Shown here: positions 28,894 through 43,198 of the stretch, one piece after another
Numbering within the stretch: the first letter of the stretch is position 1
How the letters are laid out: the number at the start of each line of letters is the position of its first letter
Assembly (NCBI GenBank): GCA_963769025.1
Contig: CAVYKI010000012.1
Coordinates: 128,001-192,000 of the forward strand
DNA length: 64,000 bases
Direction: 5' to 3'
From: an uncultured Verrucomicrobiae bacterium
GTDB taxonomy: Bacteria; Verrucomicrobiota; Verrucomicrobiia; Chthoniobacterales; Chthoniobacteraceae
The notes under the pieces: generated by a model
Seen by the model: the letters and a program-made list of their open reading frames with translations, nothing else
Databases searched by the model: none
What the model was told of the DNA's origin: nothing
Made by a program: the position numbers and the translations under genes

Positions 28894-29586
28894 ATGACGG
28901 ATACCGAGAAGGCCCTGCGGGCGCATTTGCGTTCGCACAATCACAGCGTGTTCGCGGCGTCGGGCATTGCGCTGGTCTTTTCCGCCATCGGCTGGGCGGT
29001 GCTCTACGGGGCCTCGTTTTGGCTGACGATATTCTGGCTGACGATCATGAACCAGGGCGAGGTCGTGATGCCTGCGGCGTTCAATGTGGTGTTCTTCGGC
29101 ACCGCAGCGGTGCTCATGCTGGCGGCGCGGGTGGACCAATACTTTTTCCCGAGCGAGCGCGCGGTCGATGAACGTCCGCCCGTGGAGCATCTCGCGGATC
29201 TGTTGTTCTTCGTGCCGAGGTTCACGATGTCGTGCTGGCAGAATCTCGGCGCGCTCGCATGGCTCTCGCGCGACGAGCTGCCGCACGCGGCGCGGCTGAT
29301 GGATGCGCTGAGATTCGACGGGCGCGTGTCGATCCAGGAATTGCCCGCGATGTTTCCGGATGTGCGGAGAACGGAGCGGACGCTCGATGCGTTACTCGTC
29401 GCGGGGCTGATCGATCAACGCAGGGAGAAAAACCTCACCTGGCTCCATCTCGGCGCGCTCGCACCGGATGTCTTCCGCGGCGGGCCGGCGAATCTGGCCG
29501 CGCCGGACGATCCGCTCGCAGGAGTCCCGCATGCAAAAATCCGACCCCGCGCGCAATTGCCACCGTCGGCGATGGACGGCGAGTAA
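28894..29586 (+). CDS. Hypothetical membrane protein
   Basis: Two to three hydrophobic segments and typical codon usage. Confidence 0.7.
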   Translation: MTDTEKALRAHLRSHNHSVFAASGIALVFSAIGWAVLYGASFWLTIFWLTIMNQGEVVMPAAFNVVFFGTAAVLMLAARVDQYFFPSERAVDERPPVEHLADLLFFVPRFTMSCWQNLGALAWLSRDELPHAARLMDALRFDGRVSIQELPAMFPDVRRTERTLDALLVAGLIDQRREKNLTWLHLGALAPDVFRGGPANLAAPDDPLAGVPHAKIRPRAQLPPSAMDGE

Positions 29587-29601
29587 GACCGGCGCGCTCC
29601 G

Positions 29602-30021
29602 CTAGTTTCCGATCACGGAAACGCTGAGTTCCCGCCGGTGCGCCGCGGCGCGGTGCTCGAAAACGAAGATGCCCTGCCACGTGCCGAGCGTCATGCGTCC
29701 ATCGGCGATGGGGATGGTTTCGCTCGTGCGCGTGAGCACCATGCGGATGTGCGAAGGCATGTCGTCCGGCCCCTCGGCGGTGTGGATGAAGTAGTCGCTG
29801 TCCTCCGGCACGAGGCGCTCGAAGAACTCGTGCAGGTCGGTGCGCGCGGAGGGATCCGCATTTTCGTAAATGATGAGCGACGCGCTCGTGTGCTGGATGA
29901 AGACCGTGGCGGTGCCGGTGGTGACGCCGCTGGCGCGGACAATGCGGGCCACTTCACCCGTGACTTCATAGGTTCCCTTCCCCTTTGTCGAAACGGAGAA
30001 GGTGGCGGTGTGGGCTTTCAT
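29602..30021 (-). CDS. yjbQ: YjbQ/UPF0047 family protein
   Basis: QHTSASLIIYENADP, HTAEGPDDMPSHIR, LGTWQGIFVFEHR. Confidence 0.92.
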   Translation of the reverse strand: MKAHTATFSVSTKGKGTYEVTGEVARIVRASGVTTGTATVFIQHTSASLIIYENADPSARTDLHEFFERLVPEDSDYFIHTAEGPDDMPSHIRMVLTRTSETIPIADGRMTLGTWQGIFVFEHRAAAHRRELSVSVIGN

Positions 30022-30061
30022 CGGAGACTGTGGACAAAACTCGGGGCGGCTCCCCCAGTCA

Positions 30062-30368
30062 ACGCAGGGTACCAGGCGAGGGGCCATGAGGTTCAAGTCC
30101 TTCAAACGAAACTCCAGTCACCCGCTCACCCGCAAGCCAGCCCTGTAAAGCAAGTGCGTCACCAGACAGTTTGGGTAGCCGCCTTGGTCCACGGCGGCGG
30201 ACAAAATCCGCGTCTGCGTCACGCTCCGGCTACCAACATGTTCCTTGTGTCGCGCCCGCGCTGCGGCAAGATCACCCAATGGTTACCCCAGCACCGATTG
30301 GCCGAAAAATCCGGGTGCATTCAGCGCCTGATTCTTGGTGCTGGCCGGAACGCGCCGCCGGGGTTCAT
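30062..30368 (-). pseudogene. Degraded fragment of an integron-integrase-like tyrosine recombinase
   Basis: Manual minus-strand translation: RRVPASTKNQALNAPGFFGQSVLG*PLGDLAAARAR...VDQGGYPNCLVTHLLYRAGLRVSG*LEFRLKDLNL. This matches the IntI-type ASTQNQALNA and LLYGxGLRxxE.L.LRxKD motifs; two in-frame stops. Confidence 0.75.
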
Positions 30369-30544
30369 GGGACAATCATTCTTAAACGAGACGCGGAACT
30401 TCAGAAGGCTCGCGAGGTGGTGAAGGAGATCATCGGGTGAAACCGAAAATGAAATTCACCACCCATACTGCCGCCCGCGTCATCCCCGAAAACTCGTGGG
30501 TCGCGCCAAAGGGCTGCGCCGGCTATGTATTGTTCTCAGACCTC

Positions 30545-32989
30545 ATGACCCGTTTCGTTTTCCGCCTCTCAGCCATCCTCGTCGCCAGCCTCGGCCTGGC
30601 CGGTGCCGTCCGCGCAGCCGAGCCGTTTGAGGCCTTCCTGGAGAAGCACTGCATCCGCTGTCATGGCCCCAAGAAGGAGAAGGGCGACTTGCGGATCGAC
30701 CGGCTCTCGCGCGATTTCAAGTTGGGCGCGGATACGCATCACTGGGCGGAGGTGATCGAGCAGGTCAACTCCGGCGAGATGCCTCCGAAGAAGGAGAAGC
30801 AGCCGACGCAGGAGGAGATCGCGGCGTTCGTCACGAGTCTCGACTCGCGGCTCAAGGAGGGCCGGGCGGCGCGGATGGCGGCGCGGCCGGCGGTGTCGCA
30901 TTATCGGCTGAGCCGGAAGGAGTATCAGAACACGGTCTATGACCTGCTCGGCGTGCGCTACGATCCGGCCAAGCCGGGGGAGCTGAACGAAGACACGCTG
31001 TGGCACGGTTTCGAGCGCATCGGGTCGGAGCTGTCGCTCTCGCCGTCGCATGTCGATCGCTATTACCGCGCGGCGGAGACTCGTGCTCGACCGCGCCTTT
31101 CCCGCCGCGTCCGGCGAGGCTCGCAAAGTCCGCAAGACCGCGGCCGAGCTGCGTTACGGCGGCGGGAAGACCAGCAGGAGGCGCTGGACCGCTTCGGCAT
31201 CAAGCGGCCGCTGCGTTATCTCCTCTTTCCCGGCACCGTCCAGAACGCGCTCTCACCCAACTGGTTCGGAAAGACGGGGCCGGAGCACAGCGGGCTCTAC
31301 AAAGTCCGCATCCAGGCCAGCGGAATCCGCCCGCCCGGCGGCCAGCCCGCGCACTTGAGCATCGGCAAGCGGACCGGCGAGGAGACGGTGGATGGCCTCA
31401 TCGAGTTCGACCTCACGGCACCGGAGGACAAGTCCGCAGGTTTATGAGTTCGAGGTGTTTCTCGAGATGCCCGCGACGCTGGACTTCTGCGTGGTGGCCA
31501 CCGATGTGGTGGACCGAAGGAGCGGCGCGGCCTTCCGCAATGCGCTCGGCAGCCGGGGCGGATATATTTTCACGCACAGCAGCGAGACCCTGCTCCTGAA
31601 CCCGAACGCCCCGCAGATGTTCGATGACAAGGGGAACGGCCTCTTCTCGACGGTGCTCCTCGATTGGATCGAATGGGAAGGACCGCTGGAGACGGACGCG
31701 GAAAAGTCCCGGCGCACGGGTCTGGTGCCGCCCGATGACGCGACGCCCGAGGTGGTCGCGGAGCATCTGCAACGCTTCGCCGAACGCGCCTGGCGGCGGC
31801 CGGTCAAGCAGGAGGAGTTGGCGGACTATCTGAAATCCTACCGCGCCGAACGCGAGGCGGGCGAAAAGACGGCCGACGCCTATCGCGTGGCGATGCAGGG
31901 CGTGCTGACCTCCCGGCACTTCCTCTACCTCGTCGAGGGCGACCCGGTGGCCCGCGAACGTCTCACCGACTGGGAACTCGCCTCGCGGCTCTCGTATTTT
32001 CTGTGGAGTTCGATGCCGGACGACGCCCTCTTCGCCGCGGCCAAAGGCGGCACCCTGAACGGCGAGGGTCTGAAGAAGGAGGTGGACCGGCTGCTGACGG
32101 ACAGCCGGATCAACCGCTTCATCGACGACTTCTCGCGGCAGTGGCTGCAACTGCACCGCGTGGGCATGTTCCCGCCGGACAAGAAGCTCTACCCGAGCTA
32201 CGACGCGTGGCTCGAGACGAGCATGCGGGCCGAGCCGGTGGAGTTTTTCCGCGAGATGTTCGCGAAGAACCTGCCCATCGACGGCTTCATCGATTCCGAC
32301 TGGACCATGGCCAATGCCCGGCTCTGCGATTTCTACGGACTGCCGGAGCCGAAGACGGGCGGCTTCCAGCGCGTCTCGCTCAAGCCCGAGGATCATCGCG
32401 GCGGTCTGCTGACGATGGGCGCGGCGCTCGGGCTGACCTCGGACGGCACGCGCCATCGCCCGGTGCATCGCGGCGTCTGGCTCAGCGAAGTGATCTTCGG
32501 CAAGACGCCCCCGCCGCCGCCGGCGAACGTGCCCGCCATCGAACCCAACCCGCCGGAAAGCCCCAAGGCCACCCTCCGCCAGAAAATCGAGGCGCACCGC
32601 AACAACGCGAACTGCGCCGCCTGCCACGCGAAGATCGACCCGCTCGGACTCGCCTGGGACAACTACGATGCCATCGGCCAATGGCGCACCCGCGAGAAGG
32701 TCGCCGACGGGAGTCGGCGAGGATCCCGTTGGTCAATCCCTCCGGCGTGATGCCCGACGGCCGCCCGTTCAAGGATTCCGTCGAATTCAAACGCCTGCTG
32801 CTCGAGGACCGCGACAAGTTCGCGCGCGCCTTCATCGAGCATCTCTGCACCTACGCCCTCCGCCGCGTGCTCACCGTCGACGACCAGGACGACATCAAGG
32901 CCATCGCGGCCGAAGCGAAGAAAAACGAATACGGGGTCAAGGACATCGTCCGCGCCGTGGCCCTGTCCGACCTCATGCGCAAACGCTGA
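30545..32989 (+). CDS. PVC-type cytochrome c protein with DUF1587/1595/1592/1588/1585 domains; about 4 frameshifts
   Basis: [76 protein letters not shown]. Confidence 0.85.
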
Positions 32990-33018
32990 CAAGCCCACCA
33001 ATCCACCAACTCCATCCT

Positions 33019-34399
33019 ATGAGCAACTACCTTTCCCAATCCTGGCTGATCGACCGCCGTCATGCCCTCCGTGCGCTTGGGCACGTTGCATCTCGCTGCC
33101 GTTGCTGGAATGCATGGTCCCGCTCCGGGCGGCGGAGGCAGCAAACCGCCACGCCGCGGCGCAGCGCCTTCATCTACCTCGCGAACGGCGTCCATTCGCT
33201 GAACTACCAGATCACCACGCCGGGCAAGGACTACCAGTTCTCCCGGTCGCTCAAGCCGCTGGAGAAGCACCGCGAGGTGATCACGCCGATCAGCGGTCTG
33301 CATCACCCGGGAAGCCTCAGCCATCACCACAACTGCATCACCGTCTGGCTGACCGGCGGAAAGCTCGGCCCTTCGGATCGCAACACCATCTCGGTGGACC
33401 AGAAGATGGCCGAGATCACCGCGCAGCACACCCGCTACCCGTCGCTGGAGGTCGCCCTCACGCAGGAGTCCCTCGCCTGGACCGCCGACGGGGTCCGGCT
33501 GCCCGCGATGCGTCGTTGCAGCGAGATCTTCGCGTCGATGTTCGAGGAACCGAAAGGCGGCACCGCGGCCCAGCGGCGGGCCTTGCGCCGCAAAGGCAGC
33601 GTCCTCGACGCCAACCTCGCCGAAGTGCGCCGGCTCGAGCAGAAAATGGGCATCCGCGGACAAAGGACGCATGGATCAATACCTCACCTCCGTTCGCGAG
33701 GCGGAGATCCGCACGCGGCGGGCCGATGCGTGGCTCGATACGCCGCTGCCCGCCGTCTCCGACGCCGATCGCAAACGCACCAACCGCGACATCGCCGACA
33801 CCATGGCGGGCGATTATTTCCGCACGGTCTATGACCTGATGGTGCTCGCGTTTCAGACGGATGTGACGCGCGTGGCCACCTTCAGCCTGGGCGGCGAGGG
33901 CGAGGCCATTCGCCATTCCCGAGATCGGCATCACCGAGTCGCGCCATCAGCTCAGCCACCACGGCGGCGATCCGGGCTACATGGAAAAGCTCACCAACTA
34001 CGACACCTTCGCCATCGAGCAGTTCAGCTACTTCCTCACCCGGCTCGCGGAGACGAAGGACCTCAACGGCAAGCCGCTCCTCGGCTCGACGATGGCGCTC
34101 TTCGGCAGCGGCATGTCCTACGGCCACAGCCACGGCAACGCCAACCTCCCGCTGGTGCTCGCCGGCGGCTCGGACCTCGGCCTGAAGCACGGCAGCATCT
34201 CGATTTCAACAAGAGGCCACAAGATTTCCAAGGCTACGCGCTCGGCGCGGACGGAGCGCTCACCACCGCGCATTACCAGCTCTGCAGCCGCCCCGCGAAC
34301 ACCGACGCCCACATGAGCAACCTGCTCCTCCTGATGGCCCAGCGCATGGGCGTGGAGACCGACAAGTTTGGCGACAGCAACAAGGTGATCGCACTGTAA
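33019..34399 (+). CDS. DUF1552 (HXXSHH) protein; several frameshifts
   Basis: Tat-like [55 protein letters not shown]. Confidence 0.85.
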
Positions 34400-35715
34400 T
34401 GAAGCGGTTCTTAGTTCCTCGTTCTTGGTTCTTGGTTTGTTCCTGCTCGGTCGCGCTTGTTGGTTCGTTGGTCGTTCAAGCGACCGCTGCCAACGAAGAA
34501 CCAAGAACAAAGAACCAGGAACGAAGCCTTTCCGCCCCGAGGCGGGGAAGTTTCCCCCTCTGGAAAAGGCGCACTCCTACCGGGGCGAACTCGTGTTCGT
34601 GGATCATGCCAACCGCCGCGGCAGCATCCGCGTGCAAGCGGCGGGCACGTTTTTCCGCAACGCCCCGCATCCCTTCGCCATGCTCCCCTACGGCATCGTC
34701 CGCTATCACGGCGCACCGGCGGATCTCCGGGACATCCCGCTCGGCACCGTGCTGCACGTCCGGGCCTTTCTCCCGCCGGACCCGAAGATCTCCGCCGTGC
34801 CGGTGTTGCCGGTCAACAACAAGGAGAAGATCGCGGGCTACAGCGGCACCGGCGTCGCACCCGCCGAGAACCACGTCCTCCTCCTCGAAGACGAGCCCAG
34901 CCACTGCCTGCGCGAGGGCAAGGTCTGGAAGCTGAAGGAAGTGGACCTCAAGAACAACGAGGGGATGATCGTCGCCAGCCGCGAACCGAAGGCCGGCGGA
35001 GACGGCAAGGCCAGCGAGGAAAAGCTGACCTTCGACGCCGCCACCCGCATCTGGCGCGGCCGCGAATGCCTCGGCGATCGCCGACTTGATCGCCGAGGGC
35101 ACCTGGCCCGCCGAGCGGGAAGAAATCGCTCGACGGCCAGGCCGTCCTGCTCGGCATCACCTGGAAGCCCACGCCGGATGGCGTGTTCACCCGCTTCCAC
35201 ATCTCGGACATCTGGCTGGATGACACCGCCACGCAACGCGCCGCGCAGATTCAAACCGAGACGCACAAGGCCTTCATCCGCAGCCGCTGGATGCCCGCCT
35301 GGGTCGATGCCGTCGAGTATGGCAAGTTCGGCCGCGCCACCGTGACCGCGACCTTGTTCGGCGGCATGGACGCCTCCCTCTACGCCGATTTCCAGAAAGG
35401 CAGCCAGGTGCTCGATGAATGCGGCCGAGAACACCTTGAAGCACGCCGGCGGCGCCTACGGCCCCGCGCACATGGCCTCCAAAGGCCCCATCCTCGACGT
35501 CACGAAGGCGTCCGGAGATGTCCCTCTGGGCAGCAGCGGCATCCAAATCCGCTTTGAGACGGACCTCATCATCGAAGGCATCCGCCCCACGCAGAGTCGT
35601 CCGCGTCCGCCCCGCGAACTGGCCCCAGGTGCAAGTGCCCCGGGAGGAATACCTGAACGACGGCTCCAACCCCGAAGACCGCTTCCCGACCCCGGCCATC
35701 TTTCCCAAATACTGA
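34399..35715 (+). CDS. Secreted hypothetical protein, copy 1 (paralog of 41761-43017); several frameshifts
   Basis: [33 protein letters not shown]...[12 protein letters not shown] reconstructed across frames. Confidence 0.8.
34414..34522. repeat. Imperfect inverted repeat built from 7-nt units
   Basis: gttcctcgttcttggttcttggtt (34414-34437) pairs with aaccaagaacaaagaaccaggaac (34499-34522). Confidence 0.75.
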
Positions 35716-36069
35716 TGCCTCCTCGTTCTTCGTTTTTTGTTGCCCAGCGAGACGCCGAGAACCGAAGCCGTCATCCGCGCCATCGGGAGCGCACCCGGCA
35801 AGTTCGAGAAGATCAACATCACCACCGAGGCGCTAAAGACGGCGAGAGGCGGTGAACGTCCCGCGCGCCAAGAATCGCGGATGGTTTGTCGAGGTTTGAG
35901 GTGCAATGCGCGTAAACTTCTGCATGCGATTGGAGGCGCGTTTTCGGGTGTGCTTGCTTGGAAAATCAAACTGACAGAGTCACGTTTTCTCCTGCGTTTT
36001 TTGAGTCCCTCATCTTCTCCTCATGTTGTGCGAAGATAATGTGGTCGAGCGTTTCACTCTGCTCCCACC

Positions 36070-36750
36070 ATGCGTGTCCTTTTAGTCGAAGATTCCATTC
36101 ACCTGCGCCAGCCGGTGGCCAAGGCGCTTAAGGCGTCGGGGTTTGCCGTCGATGCGACTGGCGACGGCGCGGAGGGCTGGCAGATGGCGCAGGATCATGA
36201 CTACGACGTGATCGTCCTCGACATCATGCTGCCGGGAATGGATGGCCGCGAAGTGCTCAAGCGGCTGCGGGCGTCGGGGAAGGAAACGCCGGTGCTTTTT
36301 CTCACGGCGAAGGATGCCATTGAAGATCGCGTGGCCGGATTGCGGTGGGGCGCGGACGATTATCTTGTGAAGTCGTTCGCCATCGAGGAACTGATCGCGC
36401 GGGTGGAAGCGCTGGGGCGGCGGAAGTATGCGCAGCGGTCGCCGAAGCTGGCGGTGGCGGATTTGGAGCTGGACCAGAGTGCGAAGACGGTGCGACGCGG
36501 CGGATGCGACGTGGAACTCGCGCCCCAGTTGTTCGCGCTTCTCGAGTATTTGCTGCTGCGCAAAGGGCAGGTCGTCTCGCGCACGGAGATCGAGGAGCAC
36601 ATTTACGACGAGCAAGTTTCGCCGATGAGCAACGTCGTGGACACCGCGGTATGCGCGCTGCGCCGCGCGATCGCGGTGTCGAATGATAGCGTTCCGCTCA
36701 TTCATACGCGGCGAGGAATGGGCTACGTCATCGAGGAACCGCCGCGGTGA
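36070..36750 (+). CDS. OmpR/PhoB-family response regulator
   Basis: MRVLLVED, LDIMLPGMDG, FLTAKD, GADDYLVK, SNVVDT, IHTRRGMGY. Confidence 0.93.
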   Translation: MRVLLVEDSIHLRQPVAKALKASGFAVDATGDGAEGWQMAQDHDYDVIVLDIMLPGMDGREVLKRLRASGKETPVLFLTAKDAIEDRVAGLRWGADDYLVKSFAIEELIARVEALGRRKYAQRSPKLAVADLELDQSAKTVRRGGCDVELAPQLFALLEYLLLRKGQVVSRTEIEEHIYDEQVSPMSNVVDTAVCALRRAIAVSNDSVPLIHTRRGMGYVIEEPPR

Positions 36751-37165
36751 GAAGCATCCGCACGCAACTGCTCGCGTGGCTGCTCCCTGGCTTCGCCGTC
36801 GTCTGCGTGGCCGCGGGCGTGGGCGTTTATTTTTCGGAGCGGCAGGCGTTCGAGGCGGATCTCGATGCGCGGCTCGGCAAACTCGCCGGTCTCGCGCGGC
36901 TGGCCTTGCGCGCGCAGAGGACCAGTGGTGCGGAGACGACACGCGGACCGACGGTGAGAGTGTTCAGCACGCGCGAGGAGTTCAAAACGCCGGGGCAGTA
37001 TTTCGAGCAATGGACCGCCGCCGGAGCGGTGGAGCGAAAGTCGCCAAATCTCGGGAGTATCGATTTGCCGCGTCCGGCAGAGTTCCCGCGCGACGAACTG
37101 CGCTACAACGGCACCTTGGACAATGGCGATAGGGTTCGGGTGAGCGCCGTGCGGATTCCTCAGAT
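36747..37165 (+). pseudogene. N-terminal fragment of a sensor histidine kinase
   Basis: MRSIRTQLLAWLL TM1 and ADLDARL periplasmic start, overlapping the regulator stop; no second TM, HisKA or HATPase domain follows. Confidence 0.65.
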
Positions 37166-37189
37166 CGGCTCGGCTCGGCCCGCGGATTT

Positions 37190-40004
<2,815 letters not shown>

Positions 40005-40023
40005 CCGCCTGCTTCCCCACCAC

Positions 40024-41460
40024 ATGACAACGCCATTTTCTCCTGATCCCCGCTCGCCGTTTTTCTCCCGCCGCGAGATGCTGAAAACACTCTCCAGCGG
40101 CTTCGGCTACCTCGCCTTCGCGGGCCTCGCCACGCGCGCTGCCGAGCGCCAGCGCCGCGAGGGACCGCTCGCGCCGAAAGCAGCCGCACTTCGCGCCGCG
40201 GGCGAAGCGCGTCATCTTCCTCTGCATGCGCGGCGGGCCGTCGCACGTCGATACCTTCGATTACAAGCCCAAGCTCACGGCCGACACCGGCGCGCCGGCG
40301 ACACGTCCCGGCACCAAGCTGCTCGGCTCGAAATGGAAGTTTGCGCAGCACGGACAGAGCGGACTCTGGATTTCCGAGCTCTTCCCGAATGTCGCGAAGC
40401 CATGCCGACGAGCTCTGCCTGCTGCGCTCGATGCAGACCGACCTGCCCGCGCATCCGCAGGCCTTCCTGCAAATGCACACCGGCTCGTTTCAGTTCGTCC
40501 GGCCGTCACTCGGCGCCTGGACGCTCTACGGCCTCGGCAGCGAAAACGAAAACCTCCCCGGCTTCGTCACGCTGACTCCGCCAGCAGCCTCCGGCGGTGC
40601 GCAGAACTACGGCTCGTCGTTTCTCCCCGCGATCTATCAGGGCACGCGCATCGGCGCCGATAATCGACCCATCGCCGGCGCCGAAATCCGCAACCTCCAC
40701 TCGCCGCTCCGCCCGCGAGGTTCAGCGCGCCGAACTCGATCTGGTGCAGACGCTGAACCGCGAGACGCTGCGGCGCGACGGCTCGAATCCCGACGTCGAG
40801 GGCGTGATCGAGAGCTACGAACTCGCCTTCCGAATGCAGAAGGAAATGCCGCAGGTGATGGACCTCTCGCGGCGAGAGCGAGGCGACGAAAAAGCTGTAT
40901 GGCATCGCCGACTCGCCAAGCGGCGATGGGCGTGGGCAAGGCGCAGCGGCGGAGCACCGACGACTTCGGGCGCAAATGTCTGCTGGCGCGGCGCCTCGTC
41001 GAGGCCGGCGTGCGCTTTGTGGAAATCTCGCACGGAGACTGGGACCAGCACTTCAATCTCACCACTGCGCTCGGAGCCAACTGCCGCTCCGTCGATCAGC
41101 CGATCGCCGGCGCTGCTCACCGATCTCAAGCAGCGCGGCCTGCTCAAGGACACGCTCGTGATCTGGGGCGGCGAATTTGGCCGCACCCCGCACGCGCAGG
41201 GCAACGACGGACGCGACCACAACAACAAAGCCTTCACGATGTGGATGGCCGGCGGCGGCGTGAAAGGCGGCTTCGCCCACGGTCTGACCGACGATTACGG
41301 CTACGAAGCCGTCGAGGACAAAGTCCACGTCCACGACCTCCACGCCACGATCCTGCACCTGCTGGGCCTCGACCACGAGCGCCTCACCTACCGCTACGCC
41401 GGCCGCGACTTCCGGCTCACGGATGTGAAGGGGAATGTGGTGAAGGAGATCATGGCGTAG
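40024..41460 (+). CDS. DUF1501 protein; multiple frameshifts
   Basis: Tat-like [72 protein letters not shown]. Confidence 0.88.
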
Positions 41461-41492
41461 TCGGGGCGATGCAATTTCGAAGGGGCGGGAGG

Positions 41493-41636
41493 ATGCTGCC
41501 GCGTGTCTCCGGCACGTCGAACAACTCGAACTGCGTCTCCACGATCAGCCTCTCCGTAAGCGGTCCGCCGACGCAGGCAGAGATGCAGCAGATGCAAGCG
41601 AAGCTCAACGAGCTGATCGCGGCGCTGCGGCGGTAG
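41493..41636 (+). other. Mini-ORF or gene remnant (47 aa) ending in an amphipathic helix
   Basis: MLPRVSGTSNNSNCVSTISLSVSGPPTQAEMQQMQAKLNELIAALRR*. Confidence 0.45.
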
Positions 41637-41760
41637 TCGGCAGTAATCAGGAAGGCGCCGCGCGTTCGGAATGTGCAGGACTGATCACTGATGGCTGATC
41701 ACTGCTTACTCGCCTTCCAAGCGCGCCGAACTAAGAAACTGGGAAACAAGCACCAATGAC

Positions 41761-43017
41761 ATGAACCCCGCCGCCCCCCTGCTCACCGCTCTCTTGTGCG
41801 TGCTCACCACCGCCGCACCTGCCGCCGACGAGCCGTTCCGTCCCGAGGCGGGGAAGTTTCCCCCTTTGGAAAAAGCGCACTCCTATCGGGGCGAACTCGT
41901 GTTCGTGGATCATGCGAACCGCCGCGGCAGCCTCCGCGTGCAAGGAGAGGGCGTGTTTCGCCGGAACGATCCGCACCCTTTCGCCATGCTCCCCTACGGC
42001 ATCGTTCGCTATCACGGCGCACCGGCGGATCTGCGGGACATCCCGCTCGGCACCGTGCTGCACGTCCGGGCCTTCCTCCCGCCGGACCCGAAGATCTCCG
42101 CCGTGCCGGTGCTGCCGGTCAACAACAAGGAGAAAGGCGCAAGCTATGGTGCTGCCGGGACTGCACCGGCCGAGAACCACGTGCTCCTCCTCGAAGACGA
42201 GCCCAGCCACTGCCAGCGCGAGGGCTTGGTCTGGAAGCTGAAGGAAGTGGAACTCAAGAACAACGAGGGGATGATCGTCGCCAGCCGCGAACCGAAGGCT
42301 GGCGCAGACAGCAACGACAGCCACGAAATGCTGACCTTCGACGCCGCCACCCGCATCTGGCGCGGTCGCGAATGCCTCGCGCCCGCCGACTTGATCGCCG
42401 AGGGCATCTGGCCCGCCAGCGGCAAGAAATCGCTCGGCGGCCAGTCCGTCCTGCTCGGGATCACCTGGAAGCCCACGCCCGGCGGAGTTTTCACCCGCTT
42501 CCACATCTCGGACATCTGGCTGGACGACGCCGCGATGCAACGCGCCGCCCATCACCAGACCGAGACGCACAAGGCTTTCATCCGCAGCCGCTGGATGCCC
42601 GCGTGGGTGGATGCCGTCGAGTATGGCAAGTTCGGCCGCGCGACCGTGACCGCGACCCTGTTCGGCGGCATGGACGCCTCCCTCTACGCCGATTTCAAGA
42701 AGGGCATCCCGGCGCTGATGAATGGGGTCGAGAACACCTTGAAGCATACCGAAGGGGGCACCGCCGGACCCGCGCAAATGGCCGCACGAGGCTCCATCCT
42801 CGACGTCACGAAGACGCCCGGAGACGCCCCTCTGGGCAGCAGCGGCATCCAGATCCGTTTTGAGACGGACCTCATCACCGAAGGCATCCGCCCGACCCGA
42901 GTCGTCCGCATCCGGCCCGCGGCCTGGCCCGATGTCCACATGCCGCGGGAGGAATACCTCAACAGCGGAAGCTTCGAAGACCGCTTCCCGACGCCTGCCA
43001 TTTTTCCCAAGTACTGA
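41761..43017 (+). CDS. Secreted hypothetical protein, copy 2 (intact)
   Basis: Signal peptide [21 protein letters not shown]; high identity to 34399-35715. Confidence 0.85.
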   Translation: MNPAAPLLTALLCVLTTAAPAADEPFRPEAGKFPPLEKAHSYRGELVFVDHANRRGSLRVQGEGVFRRNDPHPFAMLPYGIVRYHGAPADLRDIPLGTVLHVRAFLPPDPKISAVPVLPVNNKEKGASYGAAGTAPAENHVLLLEDEPSHCQREGLVWKLKEVELKNNEGMIVASREPKAGADSNDSHEMLTFDAATRIWRGRECLAPADLIAEGIWPASGKKSLGGQSVLLGITWKPTPGGVFTRFHISDIWLDDAAMQRAAHHQTETHKAFIRSRWMPAWVDAVEYGKFGRATVTATLFGGMDASLYADFKKGIPALMNGVENTLKHTEGGTAGPAQMAARGSILDVTKTPGDAPLGSSGIQIRFETDLITEGIRPTRVVRIRPAAWPDVHMPREEYLNSGSFEDRFPTPAIFPKY

Positions 43018-43198
43018 TCCCCCCTTGTTCTTCGTTGCCCAGCGAGATACCGAGAGCGACGCTGGAGCGAATGCGATCAAACCGCCGAAGTGCGTATCGA
43101 TCCGGCCCTACAGTGGCTGTCCGCACCGGGCCATCACGGAAGGCGCGCCGCGGCGCACTCCGTCAACGCGCCGTGGGACTTTTCCCGCGGGACGCGCG

